A DNA stretch of 64,000 nt from Burkholderiales bacterium (GTDB lineage: Bacteria > Pseudomonadota > Gammaproteobacteria > Burkholderiales > Casimicrobiaceae). The notes beneath the pieces are model-generated. The model was given only the letters and a program-made list of their open reading frames with translations, had not been told where the DNA came from and did not search any database. Below are positions 17,590 to 27,329 of this stretch, in pieces; within the stretch, counting starts at the first letter, position 1, and each line of letters opens with the position of its first letter. The stretch covers positions 21,401 to 85,400 of the forward strand of contig JAYSRA010000039.1 in assembly GCA_043721275.1 (NCBI GenBank), given 5' to 3'. The translations under genes were made by a program, and so were the position numbers.

Positions 17590-19143
17590 ATGAATATTCC
17601 ACCCATCGCAATCCTCTTCGCGTTTCTATCCTGCGCACTTTCTGCGCAAACGTTGACGCTTGGTACCAAGCTTGAGCTCAATACGCTTGACCCGCATTTC
17701 TTCAATGCGTTCCCGACCGGTTCGTCGCACGCAACGATCTACGAGGCGCTGGTTTTCAACGACGAGAACCAGAAGCTTCAGCCCGCTTTGGCAACGCAAT
17801 GGAAAGTGGTGAACGACACCACGTGGGAGTTCAAGCTACGCAAGGGCGTGAAGTTTCATGACGGCAGCGAGTTCACGGCTGACGATGTGATCGCGACGTA
17901 CGAGCGCGTGCCCAACGTGCCCAATTCGCCGAACTCGTTTGCGCAGTTCGTACGCGGCATCGCCAGCATTACGAAACAAGGTGACGACGCACTCATCATC
18001 AAAACAAAAACGCCGAATCCCAAGCTTGCGTTCGAGCTGGCGCGCGTGTTCATCGTGCCTGCAAAAATTGCGAAGAGTGCAACCACCGCTGACTTCAATT
18101 TTATGAAGGCGGCGATTGGAACCGGCCCGTACAAAGTCACCGAATGGGTGAACGGCGACCGGCTCGTGCTTGCGCGCAACGATGCGTATTGGGGGACGAA
18201 ACAATACTGGGGGAAAGTCACCGAGAAAGTCATCGCGAAAGACCCGACGCGTATGGCCGCGCTGCTCTCGGGCGAAGTGGATGCGATTGATCTGCCCGCC
18301 ATCGCCGACTTGCCGCGTCTGCGCAACGACACGCGCTTCACGCTCACAAAGGGCGCGGCGGGGCTGGTGCATTACATCGCGCTCGATTCAGCGCGTGACG
18401 TGTCGCCGAACGTGACCGCGAAGGACGGCAAACCACTCGCCAATAATCCGCTGAAAGACCCGCGTGTTCGCAAAGCGCTCTCAATGGCGATCAACCGCAA
18501 TGCAATTGCTGAGCGCCTGATGGAAGGCAGCGCGGTGCCCGCGTCGCAATTGCTGCCGCTGTCGTATCCGGGCACCAGCCAACGGTTAAAACCCGATGCA
18601 TTTGAGCTGGCCAAAGCGCAGGCGTTGCTCAAAGAAGCAGGCTGGGGCGACGGATTTCGCATCGTGCTGTCCGCCACCAATGATCGCTATCCGAACGATG
18701 CTGCGGTCGCGCAAACCGTGGCGCAAATGTGGACGAAATTGGGTTTGAAGGTGGAAGTGGAAGCGATTCCCGGTAGCGTGTTTTTCGGTCGTGCCAGCAA
18801 GCAAGATTTCAGCGCGTTCGCCGCGCAATACGGCTCGGAAGAAGCGGGCACCGGCATCCGTGCGCTGCTCATGACGCCGGACGCGTCCATCGGCGCGGGC
18901 ACGGCCAACCGCACGCGCTATAGCAACAGCAAAGTGGATGCGTTGGCGCGCGAGGCGCTGATGCAGATGGAGGAAACCAAACGCGGCGCATGGTTGGAAA
19001 AGGCCATCGAAGTCGCGATGGACGACCAAGCGTTCATCCCGATTTTCTATCCGATCTTTGACTACGCGGCGAAGAAGGGCCTGAAAGTCACGCATCGACC
19101 CGAGCGGCGGTTCAATGCGCTGATGGTGAAACCTGAAAAATAG
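17590..19143 (+). CDS. ABC transporter substrate-binding protein, family 5 (peptide/nickel type)
   Basis: Signal peptide MNIPPIAILFAFLSCALSAQT, and WKVVNDTTWEFKLRKGVKFHDGSEFTADDV typical of SBP_bac_5. Confidence 0.8.
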   Translation: MNIPPIAILFAFLSCALSAQTLTLGTKLELNTLDPHFFNAFPTGSSHATIYEALVFNDENQKLQPALATQWKVVNDTTWEFKLRKGVKFHDGSEFTADDVIATYERVPNVPNSPNSFAQFVRGIASITKQGDDALIIKTKTPNPKLAFELARVFIVPAKIAKSATTADFNFMKAAIGTGPYKVTEWVNGDRLVLARNDAYWGTKQYWGKVTEKVIAKDPTRMAALLSGEVDAIDLPAIADLPRLRNDTRFTLTKGAAGLVHYIALDSARDVSPNVTAKDGKPLANNPLKDPRVRKALSMAINRNAIAERLMEGSAVPASQLLPLSYPGTSQRLKPDAFELAKAQALLKEAGWGDGFRIVLSATNDRYPNDAAVAQTVAQMWTKLGLKVEVEAIPGSVFFGRASKQDFSAFAAQYGSEEAGTGIRALLMTPDASIGAGTANRTRYSNSKVDALAREALMQMEETKRGAWLEKAIEVAMDDQAFIPIFYPIFDYAAKKGLKVTHRPERRFNALMVKPEK

Positions 19144-19161
19144 GCACGAGTAGAGCAGCAT

Positions 19162-19275
19162 AGCTTTTTGCTGCACGCCCGGTTTAACGAGGGCTATCGC
19201 ATCAAAAGGTGCTAAGTCGATAAATAGCAGTTTAGCGGTTTACCCCAAGCTTACAGGCGCTTTCACGTAAAAGCT
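19162..19275 (+). repeat. 114-bp TIR element, copy A
   Basis: agctttttgctg...aagtcgataaata...taccccaagc...gtaaaagct. It aligns end to end with copies B-G and starts 19 nt after the SBP stop codon. Confidence 0.75.
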
Positions 19276-19380
19276 GTAACCCTTGGGTCGTGAAATTTGC
19301 GGCCTAAAGTCCGCTTATTGCGCGCTCGCTAGAGCTCGCTTTCTACCGAAATCGCTAGGTAAAGGCTTGCTTTCATGCAA

Positions 19381-19409
19381 AATCGAACAATTGTTTGAAT
19401 CGTTCGATT
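19381..19409. promoter_or_regulatory. candidate TetR operator (8-bp inverted repeat) overlapping the tetR RBS region
   Basis: AATCGAAC aattgtttgaatc GTTCGATT, followed immediately by gaaggagg and ATG 19426. Confidence 0.35.
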
Positions 19410-19425
19410 GAAGGAGGGGCGTCCG

Positions 19426-20187
19426 ATGAGTTTTGACATGCAGCTCGCGAGTCAGTTTCCAGCGCTGAAAATCCGTGAACGCGAACCACGCAACGAGGGC
19501 CGCGTCGCCACCAAAACGCGCATCTTGGCCGCGACCGAAAAACTCTTCGTGATCCACGGTTTCGACGCCACCAGCTTGCGCGCGATCACCACCGAAGCGG
19601 GCGTGAATCTCGCCGCCGTCAACTATCACTTCGGCAGCAAGGAAGAACTTTTTGCGCTGGTGCTGACCCATCGTCTCGATGTGCTGAATCTGGAACGCGT
19701 TCGCCTTCTCGGTGCGCTCGAAGCCAAAGGTTTCGACGCGGAACACACGGTCGAACAACTGATCGCCACCATGTTTTTGCCGGCGCTGCAACTCGCGCGC
19801 AATCCCGAGCGCGGTGGTGAAGATTTTCTGAAATTTCTCGGTCGCGCGTACGCCGATCCGTCGCCGTTCGTGCGCGATCTGCTCGCCGATCGCTACGCTG
19901 CGCAGGACACGCGCTTTGTGCAAGCGTTCGCTAAAGCGTTGCCTGAGTTGGCCGCGCAGGATTTGTCGATGCGTCTGCATTTCATGCTCGACGCGATCTC
20001 GTCCACGCTCGCCAGCGAGGACGCACGCAAACTCATGTCCGCACTCGCCGCCACGAGCAAGGACGCGGTCGAAGAAGACGCCGCCGTGCTCGCACATCTC
20101 GGCCCGTTTCTAGCGGGCAGCCTGCGCGCGAAGGTGAATCTTTTGGCGCAGCAGCGCGCGATCGCCGCCGTGTTGGCGTTTGCATAA
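19426..20187 (+). CDS. TetR/AcrR family transcriptional regulator
   Basis: TKTRILAATEKLFVIHGFDATSLRAITTEAGVNLAAVNYHFGSKEELF. Confidence 0.85.
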   Translation: MSFDMQLASQFPALKIREREPRNEGRVATKTRILAATEKLFVIHGFDATSLRAITTEAGVNLAAVNYHFGSKEELFALVLTHRLDVLNLERVRLLGALEAKGFDAEHTVEQLIATMFLPALQLARNPERGGEDFLKFLGRAYADPSPFVRDLLADRYAAQDTRFVQAFAKALPELAAQDLSMRLHFMLDAISSTLASEDARKLMSALAATSKDAVEEDAAVLAHLGPFLAGSLRAKVNLLAQQRAIAAVLAFA

Positions 20188-20211
20188 AACCACTTTAGAA
20201 AAGACTCGGTC

Positions 20212-21510
20212 ATGGCATCTGCTCTAAGAGAACCTATTTACGTCGTCGACGGCGCACGCACGCCGTTTTTGAAAGCGCGCAACGCGCCGGGGCCGTTTTC
20301 CGCGTCCGATTTGTCGGTCGCTGCGGGCCGCGCACTGCTGTCGCGTTTGCCGATTGATCCCACGCAGATTGATGAGGTCATCCTGGGCTGCGCCAACCCC
20401 TCGCCGGACGAAGTCAACATCGGTCGCTATGTCGCGATGCGCCTCGGCTGCGGTGACAAGGTCACCGGATGGACAGTGATGAGGAACTGCGCCAGCGGCA
20501 TGCAGGCCATCGATTCCGCAATAAACAATATGCTCGCGGGCCGCTCTGAACTGGTGCTCGCGGGCGGCGTCGATGCGCTGTCACGCGCCCCACTGCTCTA
20601 CAACGAAAAAATGATGCTGTGGTTTGCCGCGCTCGCGAGTGCGAAGACTTTCGGCCAACGTGCGGGCGTGTTCGCGAAGCTTTCACCGGCTGCGATGTTT
20701 TCACCGATCATCGCACTGATGAAAGGCTTGACCGATCCCAAAGTCGGCTTGCTGATGGGACAAACGGCAGAGAACATCGCGTATCGTTTTGGCATCACTC
20801 GAATCGAGATGGACGCGTTCTCCGCCGAGAGCCACAAGCGTGTGTTGGCGGCGCTTGCGGCGGGCACTTTCAAGGGCGAAGTCATTCCGTTGATCGACGG
20901 CAAAGGCAACGTTTACAACGACGATGACGGTGCGCGCAGCGATTCAACGCCGGAGAAACTCGCGAAATTGAAGCCGTTTTTCGACAAGAAATATGGCAAC
21001 GTCACCGCTGGTAACAGCTCGCAAATCACAGATGGCGGCGTGTGGCTGATGCTCGCGACGAAGGCTGCGGTTGACAAACACAAGCTACCCGTGCTCGGCA
21101 AGATCGTTGACACGCAATGGGCGGGTTGCGACCCAGCGCAGATGGGCCTCGGCCCGGTGTACGCGTCGACCCCGATTCTTAAACGCAACGGCCTCACGCT
21201 CAACGATCTCGACAGCATCGAAATCAACGAAGCCTTCGCCGCGCAAGTGCTCGGCTGCAAGCGCGCATGGGAAGACGAAAAGTTCTGCAAGGAAGAGCTC
21301 GGGCTCGATGGGGCGATGGGCTCGATAGATATGAACAAATTAAACGTTGACGGCGGCGCGGTTGCGCTGGGTCATCCGGTCGGTGCATCGGGTGCGCGTA
21401 TCGTGTTGCACGCGTTGAATGTGCTCAAGCGCACGGGCGGCAAACGCGCGTTGGCGACGATCTGCATTGGCGGTGGGCAAGGCGGTGCCATGCTAGTGGA
21501 GGCGGCTTAG
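20212..21510 (+). CDS. acetyl-CoA C-acyltransferase (thiolase)
   Basis: VMRNCASGMQAI (active-site Cys), NVDGGAVALGHPVGASGARI, ICIGGGQGGAM. Confidence 0.85.
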   Translation: MASALREPIYVVDGARTPFLKARNAPGPFSASDLSVAAGRALLSRLPIDPTQIDEVILGCANPSPDEVNIGRYVAMRLGCGDKVTGWTVMRNCASGMQAIDSAINNMLAGRSELVLAGGVDALSRAPLLYNEKMMLWFAALASAKTFGQRAGVFAKLSPAAMFSPIIALMKGLTDPKVGLLMGQTAENIAYRFGITRIEMDAFSAESHKRVLAALAAGTFKGEVIPLIDGKGNVYNDDDGARSDSTPEKLAKLKPFFDKKYGNVTAGNSSQITDGGVWLMLATKAAVDKHKLPVLGKIVDTQWAGCDPAQMGLGPVYASTPILKRNGLTLNDLDSIEINEAFAAQVLGCKRAWEDEKFCKEELGLDGAMGSIDMNKLNVDGGAVALGHPVGASGARIVLHALNVLKRTGGKRALATICIGGGQGGAMLVEAA

Positions 21511-21511
21511 C

Positions 21512-21609
21512 AGTACGTCGTTGACGTAGCCTCGATGCAGAAAAGCGGAATCGAGGGCACCCCACCAATCCGCGATTCCACTTCGTTGCATCGCGGCTAC
21601 GACAGTACT
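21512..21609. repeat. ~98-nt imperfect palindrome between the thiolase and FadB-like genes
   Basis: The left arm gtagcctcgatgcagaaaagcggaatcg (21526-21553) pairs with the right arm cgattccacttcgttgcatcgcggctac (21573-21600); 23/28 positions are complementary by hand. An outer agtac/gtact pair extends it. Confidence 0.6.
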
Positions 21610-21647
21610 CCTTGGGCGCGCTCGCGAAGATTGGGATAACTAACAAC

Positions 21648-23591
21648 ATGAACTACGAAAACTTCAAAGTAAAAACCGACGACAACGGCATCACCTGGGT
21701 CGGCATTGATGTCGCAGGCAGCACCGTCAACACAATGGGCACGCCGGTACTGGTCGAACTAGCCGCGCTACTCGACCAATTTGACAAAGAGCCACCCAAA
21801 TCTGTCGTCTTCCATTCATTGAAAACATCCGGTTTCATCGCGGGTGCGAACATCGCCGAATTTGAGGCGATTGGCAAGACCGATGACGTGGCCGCCGCCG
21901 AGAAACTCATCAAAACGGGCTACGACTTATACGAGCGCCTGGCCGCCGCGACGTACCCGACGCTCGCGCTCATCAAGGGTTTTTGCATGGGTGGCGGGTT
22001 GGAGCTCGCGATGGCTTGCCGCTACCGCGTTGCGGTGGACGAACCGGGCACGCGCATGGGCTTGCCTGAGGTGATGCTCGGCATCCTGCCCGCATGGGGC
22101 GGCGTGAAACGCTTGCCGCAATTGCTCGGCGCGCCTTCTGCGTTTGATTTGATGCTTTCAGGCAAAACGGTTGACGCGAAGAAGGCGAAGAAGCTCGGCC
22201 TTGTGGACGAAGCCGTGCCGCCGCGCATCATGTGGAACGCCGCGATTGGTGTACTCAAAGCACTGCCCGCACCGCGCAAGTTGTCGTTCGTACAGAACCT
22301 GATGACCAACGGAATTTTGCGCGGTTATGTCGCATCACAAGCAAAAAAACAAGTTGCGAAACGTGCACGGCCCGAGCACTATCCCGCGCCGTACGCGATC
22401 ATCGATCTCTGGCAAAAGTACAACGGCGACGTTCACAAACCGAGCGCCACCGAATCGTGTTCGATGCAGGCGCTGCTGTCGCATTCAACCGCAAAAAATC
22501 TGATCCGCGTATTCAGCCTGCGCGAAAAGCTTAAGGCGCAGGCCAAGGGCATCGACTTCAAGGCAAAGCACGTTCACGTGGTCGGTGCAGGCGTGATGGG
22601 CGGCGACATCGCGGCCTGGTGCGCATTGCGCGGCATCACGGTGACGTTGCAAGATTTGGATGCGGCAAAAATCGCGCCCTCGATCAAACGCGCGGCGGAC
22701 CTATTCAAAAAACGCTTGCGCGACGAGCGCCGTATTCGCGACGCGATGGATCGTTTGCAACCCGACATCACCGGCGACGGTGCGAAGACTGCCGACGTGA
22801 TCATCGAAGCGATTGTTGAAAACCTCGCGGTCAAGCAAAAAGTTTTCGCCGAGTTAGAGGCGAAAGCAAAACCGGGTGCCGTGCTAGCCACCAACACCTC
22901 AAGCATTCCGCTCGAACACATCGCCACCGCGCTGAAAGACCCGTCGCGATTGGTCGGCATTCACTTCTTCAACCCGGTCGCACAGATGATGCTGGTCGAG
23001 ATCATTAGCGGCGCGCAAACCGATGCCGACATCGCGCGCAAAGCCACCGCGTTTGTCGACCAGATCGACAAGTTGCCGCTCGCCTGCAAAAGCGCGCCGG
23101 GCTTCTGGGTCAACCGCATCCTCGCGCCGTATCTCACCGAAGCGATGCGTTGCTTAGATGAAGGCATCACGCCGGAAACACTCGATGAAGCCGCGCTCGC
23201 CTTCGGTATGCCGATGGGCCCGGTTGAACTGGCGGACGTGGTGGGGCTTGACGTGTGCGCAGCAGTCGGTCAAGTCGTCGGTGGTGAAGAAGCGCTTAAG
23301 AATTCGCCAAAAAAACTCGCGGCCAAGTTAGAGGCCAAAGAGCTCGGCAAAAAAACCGGCAAAGGTTTTTACGTCTGGGTCAACGGCAAAGCGCAAAAGG
23401 GCACAGCAGGCACCGTCGCCGCAGGCCTCACAGAACGACTGATTACGCCCATGCTTAATGAGGCGAACAAAGCCCTGGCTGAAGCCGTGGTGACCGACGG
23501 TGATCTCGCCGATGCAGGCGCGATTTTCGGTTGCGGCTTTGCGCCGTTTACCGGCGGGCCATTCAATTACCAACGGTCTAAAGCAGTCTGA
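21648..23591 (+). CDS. bifunctional enoyl-CoA hydratase / 3-hydroxyacyl-CoA dehydrogenase (FadB/FadJ-like)
   Basis: The crotonase part is FIAGANIAEF...GFCMGGGLELAMAC. The 3HCDH part is HVVGAGVMGGDIAAW...IEAIVENLAVKQKVF...TNTSSIPL. Confidence 0.85.
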   Translation: MNYENFKVKTDDNGITWVGIDVAGSTVNTMGTPVLVELAALLDQFDKEPPKSVVFHSLKTSGFIAGANIAEFEAIGKTDDVAAAEKLIKTGYDLYERLAAATYPTLALIKGFCMGGGLELAMACRYRVAVDEPGTRMGLPEVMLGILPAWGGVKRLPQLLGAPSAFDLMLSGKTVDAKKAKKLGLVDEAVPPRIMWNAAIGVLKALPAPRKLSFVQNLMTNGILRGYVASQAKKQVAKRARPEHYPAPYAIIDLWQKYNGDVHKPSATESCSMQALLSHSTAKNLIRVFSLREKLKAQAKGIDFKAKHVHVVGAGVMGGDIAAWCALRGITVTLQDLDAAKIAPSIKRAADLFKKRLRDERRIRDAMDRLQPDITGDGAKTADVIIEAIVENLAVKQKVFAELEAKAKPGAVLATNTSSIPLEHIATALKDPSRLVGIHFFNPVAQMMLVEIISGAQTDADIARKATAFVDQIDKLPLACKSAPGFWVNRILAPYLTEAMRCLDEGITPETLDEAALAFGMPMGPVELADVVGLDVCAAVGQVVGGEEALKNSPKKLAAKLEAKELGKKTGKGFYVWVNGKAQKGTAGTVAAGLTERLITPMLNEANKALAEAVVTDGDLADAGAIFGCGFAPFTGGPFNYQRSKAV

Positions 23592-23793
23592 GTGTGTAGC
23601 GTGGGCAACTTGTTGCCCACGCGTCGCACTGTTGCATCGCCTGCGACCGAGGTAGAGCGCGATGAAGCCCCGGTGGCCGCACCTTGTCAATGACACAATT
23701 CAGCCATGTCATTAGCAGAACTCTCCATTCAGTCGCACGTTGTGGCAAGCGGTGTCGTCGCCATGCGCTATTGTGCGCGGCATCGATGCCAAC

Positions 23794-25824
23794 ATGCTGC
23801 GTGAGCTCAATTTGACCACCGACGCGTTGATTCAACGCGCCATGCAGGCGCTGCGAGCGGGCACACCGGGTGCGGCCATCGCAGCGATTGAGGCTGCACC
23901 GTCAAGCCAACGCAACACGCAAGCGGCGCAACGCACGCTGGCCGCAGCGCTTGCACAAAACGCTGATTTGCCCGCTGCGCAAATGGCCATTCAACGCGCG
24001 CTGAGTTATGTGGCAGACACCGCGATTGAGCCCGCCACACGTGCTCTCGCAGGGCGCATCGCGCTCGATCTGAAACAGCCCGCCAATGCATTCGTGCAGT
24101 TTGAAGCGTTGGTGCAAATTGCGCCGCAGCAGATCGGTTTTTGGCGCTATCTTTGGGATTCAGCCACCACTCCGCAGGCCGCGCGACGTGCGCTGCAACT
24201 GGGTGAATCACTCAAGTTAGATAGTGCTACCGACATTCACGTGGCGTGGGCGATGACGCGCGCGCTGGCCGACGATGGGCGCGTTCCGGAGGCGCTGGCG
24301 CTCGCTGAGTTAGTCGCCAAGCGGCACGCCAACACACCCGCCGCGCAGTGGTTGTGGGTGAAACGCCTGACCGATGAAACGCCGCTGACCGCATGGCCTG
24401 AACTACAGCGTGTACCTGTTGCAACGCTGACCGCGCTTGATCCTGACGCCGTTGATGCGGCGCTTGCGTTGCCGGAGCAATATGCGGACAACGCGGCGGT
24501 CACGTGGTGGCGCGAGCGATACGCCCGCGGCCTAAGCGCGCTCGCTACGGCGCTCATGCACGCGCCGCTTGCGAACGACGCACGAAGCACGCTTGTCCGC
24601 CACACCGCGTTTCGGCTCGCGTATCACGGGCGCGATGACTTGAGTTTGCAATGCGCGCGCGGTGACATGTTGAGCGCGCTGATGCTGCCGCTCACGACGG
24701 CGCTTGCATCGCGCGCGCGAGGTGGGTCCCAATCGCTTCGGGTTGGTTTCGCATCAAAGCACGTTCGCGATTGCACTGTCGGACACTACTTCAAACACTT
24801 TTTCACCGACCTTCGCGACGACCAAATTAGCGTGCACGTTTACGCCTGCGGCCAGCGCGACGCGTTCACCGACGTGGTGCAATCGCACGTCGATCAACTG
24901 ACGCATTTTGATGATGATGACCACGCACTGATCGCGATGGCCCATGCGATTGCGGACGATGCGCTCGACGTGCTGATCTATCCGGAAATCGGTATGGAGC
25001 CGATTGTTGAAAAGCTCGCCGCGATGCGTTTGGCACCGTTGCAATGCGCGTTATGGGGCCACCCCGTAACCACCGGTTTGCCGACCATGGATGTGTTTTT
25101 AAGCGCCGCAGCGCTTGAGCCCGCCAACGCGCCAATGCACTACCGCGAACGGCTGCAAAGGCTTCCGGGCCTCGGCACGTGTTATCCAACGCCGCCCGCG
25201 CCTTCTTCGCTAAGTCGCGCTGAATTGGGCTTGCCAGCGATCGGACAACTCATCGTCTGCGCGCAATCGCCGTTTAAGTGGAGCCCCGATTTCACGCGCG
25301 CGGTCGGCGCAGTTTTGCGTCGATCACCTGATGCAAAACTGGTTGTGTTCGACAGCCCGGTCGCCAGCCGATCACGCGTGTTCGGTGACTATCTGAAGCA
25401 TTTTTTCACGCCAGAAAATATCAACATCAGCGCGCGCATCATTCGCCTGCCGCAGCGCAGTCGTGAAGACTTTCTGGCCGTCCTCGCGGCCTGTGATTTG
25501 GCGCTCGACACGTTCGGTTTCTCAGGGGGCAACACCAGTCTCGACGCGCTCTCGGTCGGCCTGCCCATCGTCACGCGACCTGGCGAATTTATGCGCGGGC
25601 GGCAAACGTTTGCGATGTTGAAAACGTTGCACGCAAGCGAATGTGACGCACTGATTGCGAACGACGATGCGGATTACGTTGAGCGCGCCACGCACATGCT
25701 GCGCGAGCCCGAACAGCGTTTAGCGGTGCAAGCCGCGATTCGCAGCAACGCGCACAAACTGTTCAACGACCCCGCGCCGGTGATCGCGATGAAGGCGTGG
25801 TTGATGCAACAGCTTTCGTCGTAA
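23794..25824 (+). CDS. TPR-repeat protein with C-terminal O-GlcNAc-transferase-like (GT41/SPINDLY family) domain
   Basis: VGFASKHVRDCTVGHYFKHFF...DVLIYPEIGMEPIVEKLAAMRLAPLQCALWGHPVTTGLPTMDVFLS. Confidence 0.7.
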   Translation: MLRELNLTTDALIQRAMQALRAGTPGAAIAAIEAAPSSQRNTQAAQRTLAAALAQNADLPAAQMAIQRALSYVADTAIEPATRALAGRIALDLKQPANAFVQFEALVQIAPQQIGFWRYLWDSATTPQAARRALQLGESLKLDSATDIHVAWAMTRALADDGRVPEALALAELVAKRHANTPAAQWLWVKRLTDETPLTAWPELQRVPVATLTALDPDAVDAALALPEQYADNAAVTWWRERYARGLSALATALMHAPLANDARSTLVRHTAFRLAYHGRDDLSLQCARGDMLSALMLPLTTALASRARGGSQSLRVGFASKHVRDCTVGHYFKHFFTDLRDDQISVHVYACGQRDAFTDVVQSHVDQLTHFDDDDHALIAMAHAIADDALDVLIYPEIGMEPIVEKLAAMRLAPLQCALWGHPVTTGLPTMDVFLSAAALEPANAPMHYRERLQRLPGLGTCYPTPPAPSSLSRAELGLPAIGQLIVCAQSPFKWSPDFTRAVGAVLRRSPDAKLVVFDSPVASRSRVFGDYLKHFFTPENINISARIIRLPQRSREDFLAVLAACDLALDTFGFSGGNTSLDALSVGLPIVTRPGEFMRGRQTFAMLKTLHASECDALIANDDADYVERATHMLREPEQRLAVQAAIRSNAHKLFNDPAPVIAMKAWLMQQLSS

Positions 25825-25924
25825 ACGGCGTCGGCGCTTGGGTCAGATGCGTAAAACGCTTATTATCGACTTAACAGGTTTATTAACGGTAGCCCAAGCA
25901 AAATGGCGCTTTAAGCGAAAAGCC
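25811..25924 (+). repeat. 114-bp TIR element, copy B (overlaps the last codons and stop of the GT41 gene)
   Basis: agctttcgtcgtaaacggcg...ttatcgactta...tagcccaagcaaaatggcgctttaagcgaaaagcc. Confidence 0.7.
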
Positions 25925-25970
25925 GGCTTGAAAAAAGTACGCGTAAAAACTATTTAGTCGACGCGATCAA

Positions 25971-26876
25971 TCAAGTTGTCAGCCGCGTTAACGCTTCACG
26001 ATATTTAGCCGCCGTGCCCTCAATCACTTCGCGCGGCAAGGTGGGTGCAGGGGCCGCCTTATTCCACGGCGCGCCGTTCACTTGCGCGGCCTCCAGCCAA
26101 TCGCGCAAATACTGCTTGTCAAAACTCGGTGGATTTTTGCCAGCAGCGAACGCCGCGTCGTAGCCCTCAATTGCCCAGTAACGCGATGAATCCGGCGTCA
26201 GCACTTCGTCCATCAACGTAAGCGTACCGTGCTCATCCAAGCCAAATTCAAACTTGGTATCGGCGATGATGATGCCCTTGGTGAGCGCAAAATCAGCAGC
26301 GTGGGTGTAGAGCAAAAGCGCCGCATCACGCACGGCAATCGCCAGCGGTTCACCAATGATTTCCACCATGCGCGCGAACGAAATATTTTCGTCATGCTCA
26401 CCCATTTCCGCCTTGGTCGCAGGCGTAAAAATAGGCGCGGGTAACTTGCTCGCATTCTTTAATCCCGCAGGTAAAGCCACGCCGCACACCGATTGCGTCA
26501 CCTGATATTCCGCCCACCCCGACCCGGCAAGATAACCGCGCACCACTGCCTCCACCGGCAACGGCTTCAAGCGCTTCACCAGCATCGAACGGCCCACCAC
26601 CTGCGCCTTCTCGGCGTCCGTCACCACGCTTTCGGGCGCATCCCCGGTCAAGTGATTCGGCACGATGCCCTCGAGTTTTTCAAACCAGAACAACGCCATC
26701 TGCGTCAACAACTCGCCCTTTCCCGTAATAGGCTCACCCATGATCACGTCAAACGCACTAATCCGATCCGACGCCACCATCAGCAAGCGATTAGCGCCCA
26801 CTGCATAGTTGTCCCGCACCTTGCCGCGGGCGAGGAGGGGGAGGGAGGTGATGGTCGAGGTGTGGAGGGCGTGCAT
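25971..26876 (-). CDS. purC: phosphoribosylaminoimidazole-succinocarboxamide synthase
   Basis: [14 protein letters not shown]...[14 protein letters not shown]...[13 protein letters not shown]. Confidence 0.9.
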   Translation of the reverse strand: MHALHTSTITSLPLLARGKVRDNYAVGANRLLMVASDRISAFDVIMGEPITGKGELLTQMALFWFEKLEGIVPNHLTGDAPESVVTDAEKAQVVGRSMLVKRLKPLPVEAVVRGYLAGSGWAEYQVTQSVCGVALPAGLKNASKLPAPIFTPATKAEMGEHDENISFARMVEIIGEPLAIAVRDAALLLYTHAADFALTKGIIIADTKFEFGLDEHGTLTLMDEVLTPDSSRYWAIEGYDAAFAAGKNPPSFDKQYLRDWLEAAQVNGAPWNKAAPAPTLPREVIEGTAAKYREALTRLTT

Positions 26877-26984
26877 TTATGAATTATCGCCTCCGCAAAT
26901 GAACGCACTGCCACGAATCATCGTGTCAACACAATCAGCCTATATAATATTCCCATGTAATCATCCCATATTAAAGGGGAACTT

Positions 26985-27329
26985 ATGCAAGTCGTCAACG
27001 TATCAGGCTTAAAAAATAATCCGAGCGAGGCGCTGCGAAGCGCGCGCGATCACGTGGTGGTGGTCATGAATCGCGACCAGCCAGAGGCCGCGATGATCGG
27101 CTTGCAGTCCGGCAAATTATTGTCAGAGGCGGGCATGCGTGCGGCGCTCGCAAGTGCGCTTTTTCGCGATGGTGGTTTGTCGCTGGTGCGAAGTGCGCGC
27201 GTCGCGCAAATGCCGCTGGCGTTGTTTATCGCGCACGTTTCGCGATTGGGTATTCCGGTTGTAACGCACGACGCGAGTGAAGTGGCGCGTGACTTGGAAA
27301 CGCTGGATCAATGGCTCGCTGCGTCATAA
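26985..27329 (+). CDS. antitoxin: Phd/YefM-like N-terminal segment fused to a UPF0175 domain
   Basis: The N-terminal part MQVVNVSGLKNNPSEALRSARDHVVVVMNRDQPEAAMIGL is Phd-like. The C-terminal part ALASALFRDGGLSLVRSARVAQMPLALFIAHVSRLGIPVV is UPF0175-like. Confidence 0.6.
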   Translation: MQVVNVSGLKNNPSEALRSARDHVVVVMNRDQPEAAMIGLQSGKLLSEAGMRAALASALFRDGGLSLVRSARVAQMPLALFIAHVSRLGIPVVTHDASEVARDLETLDQWLAAS

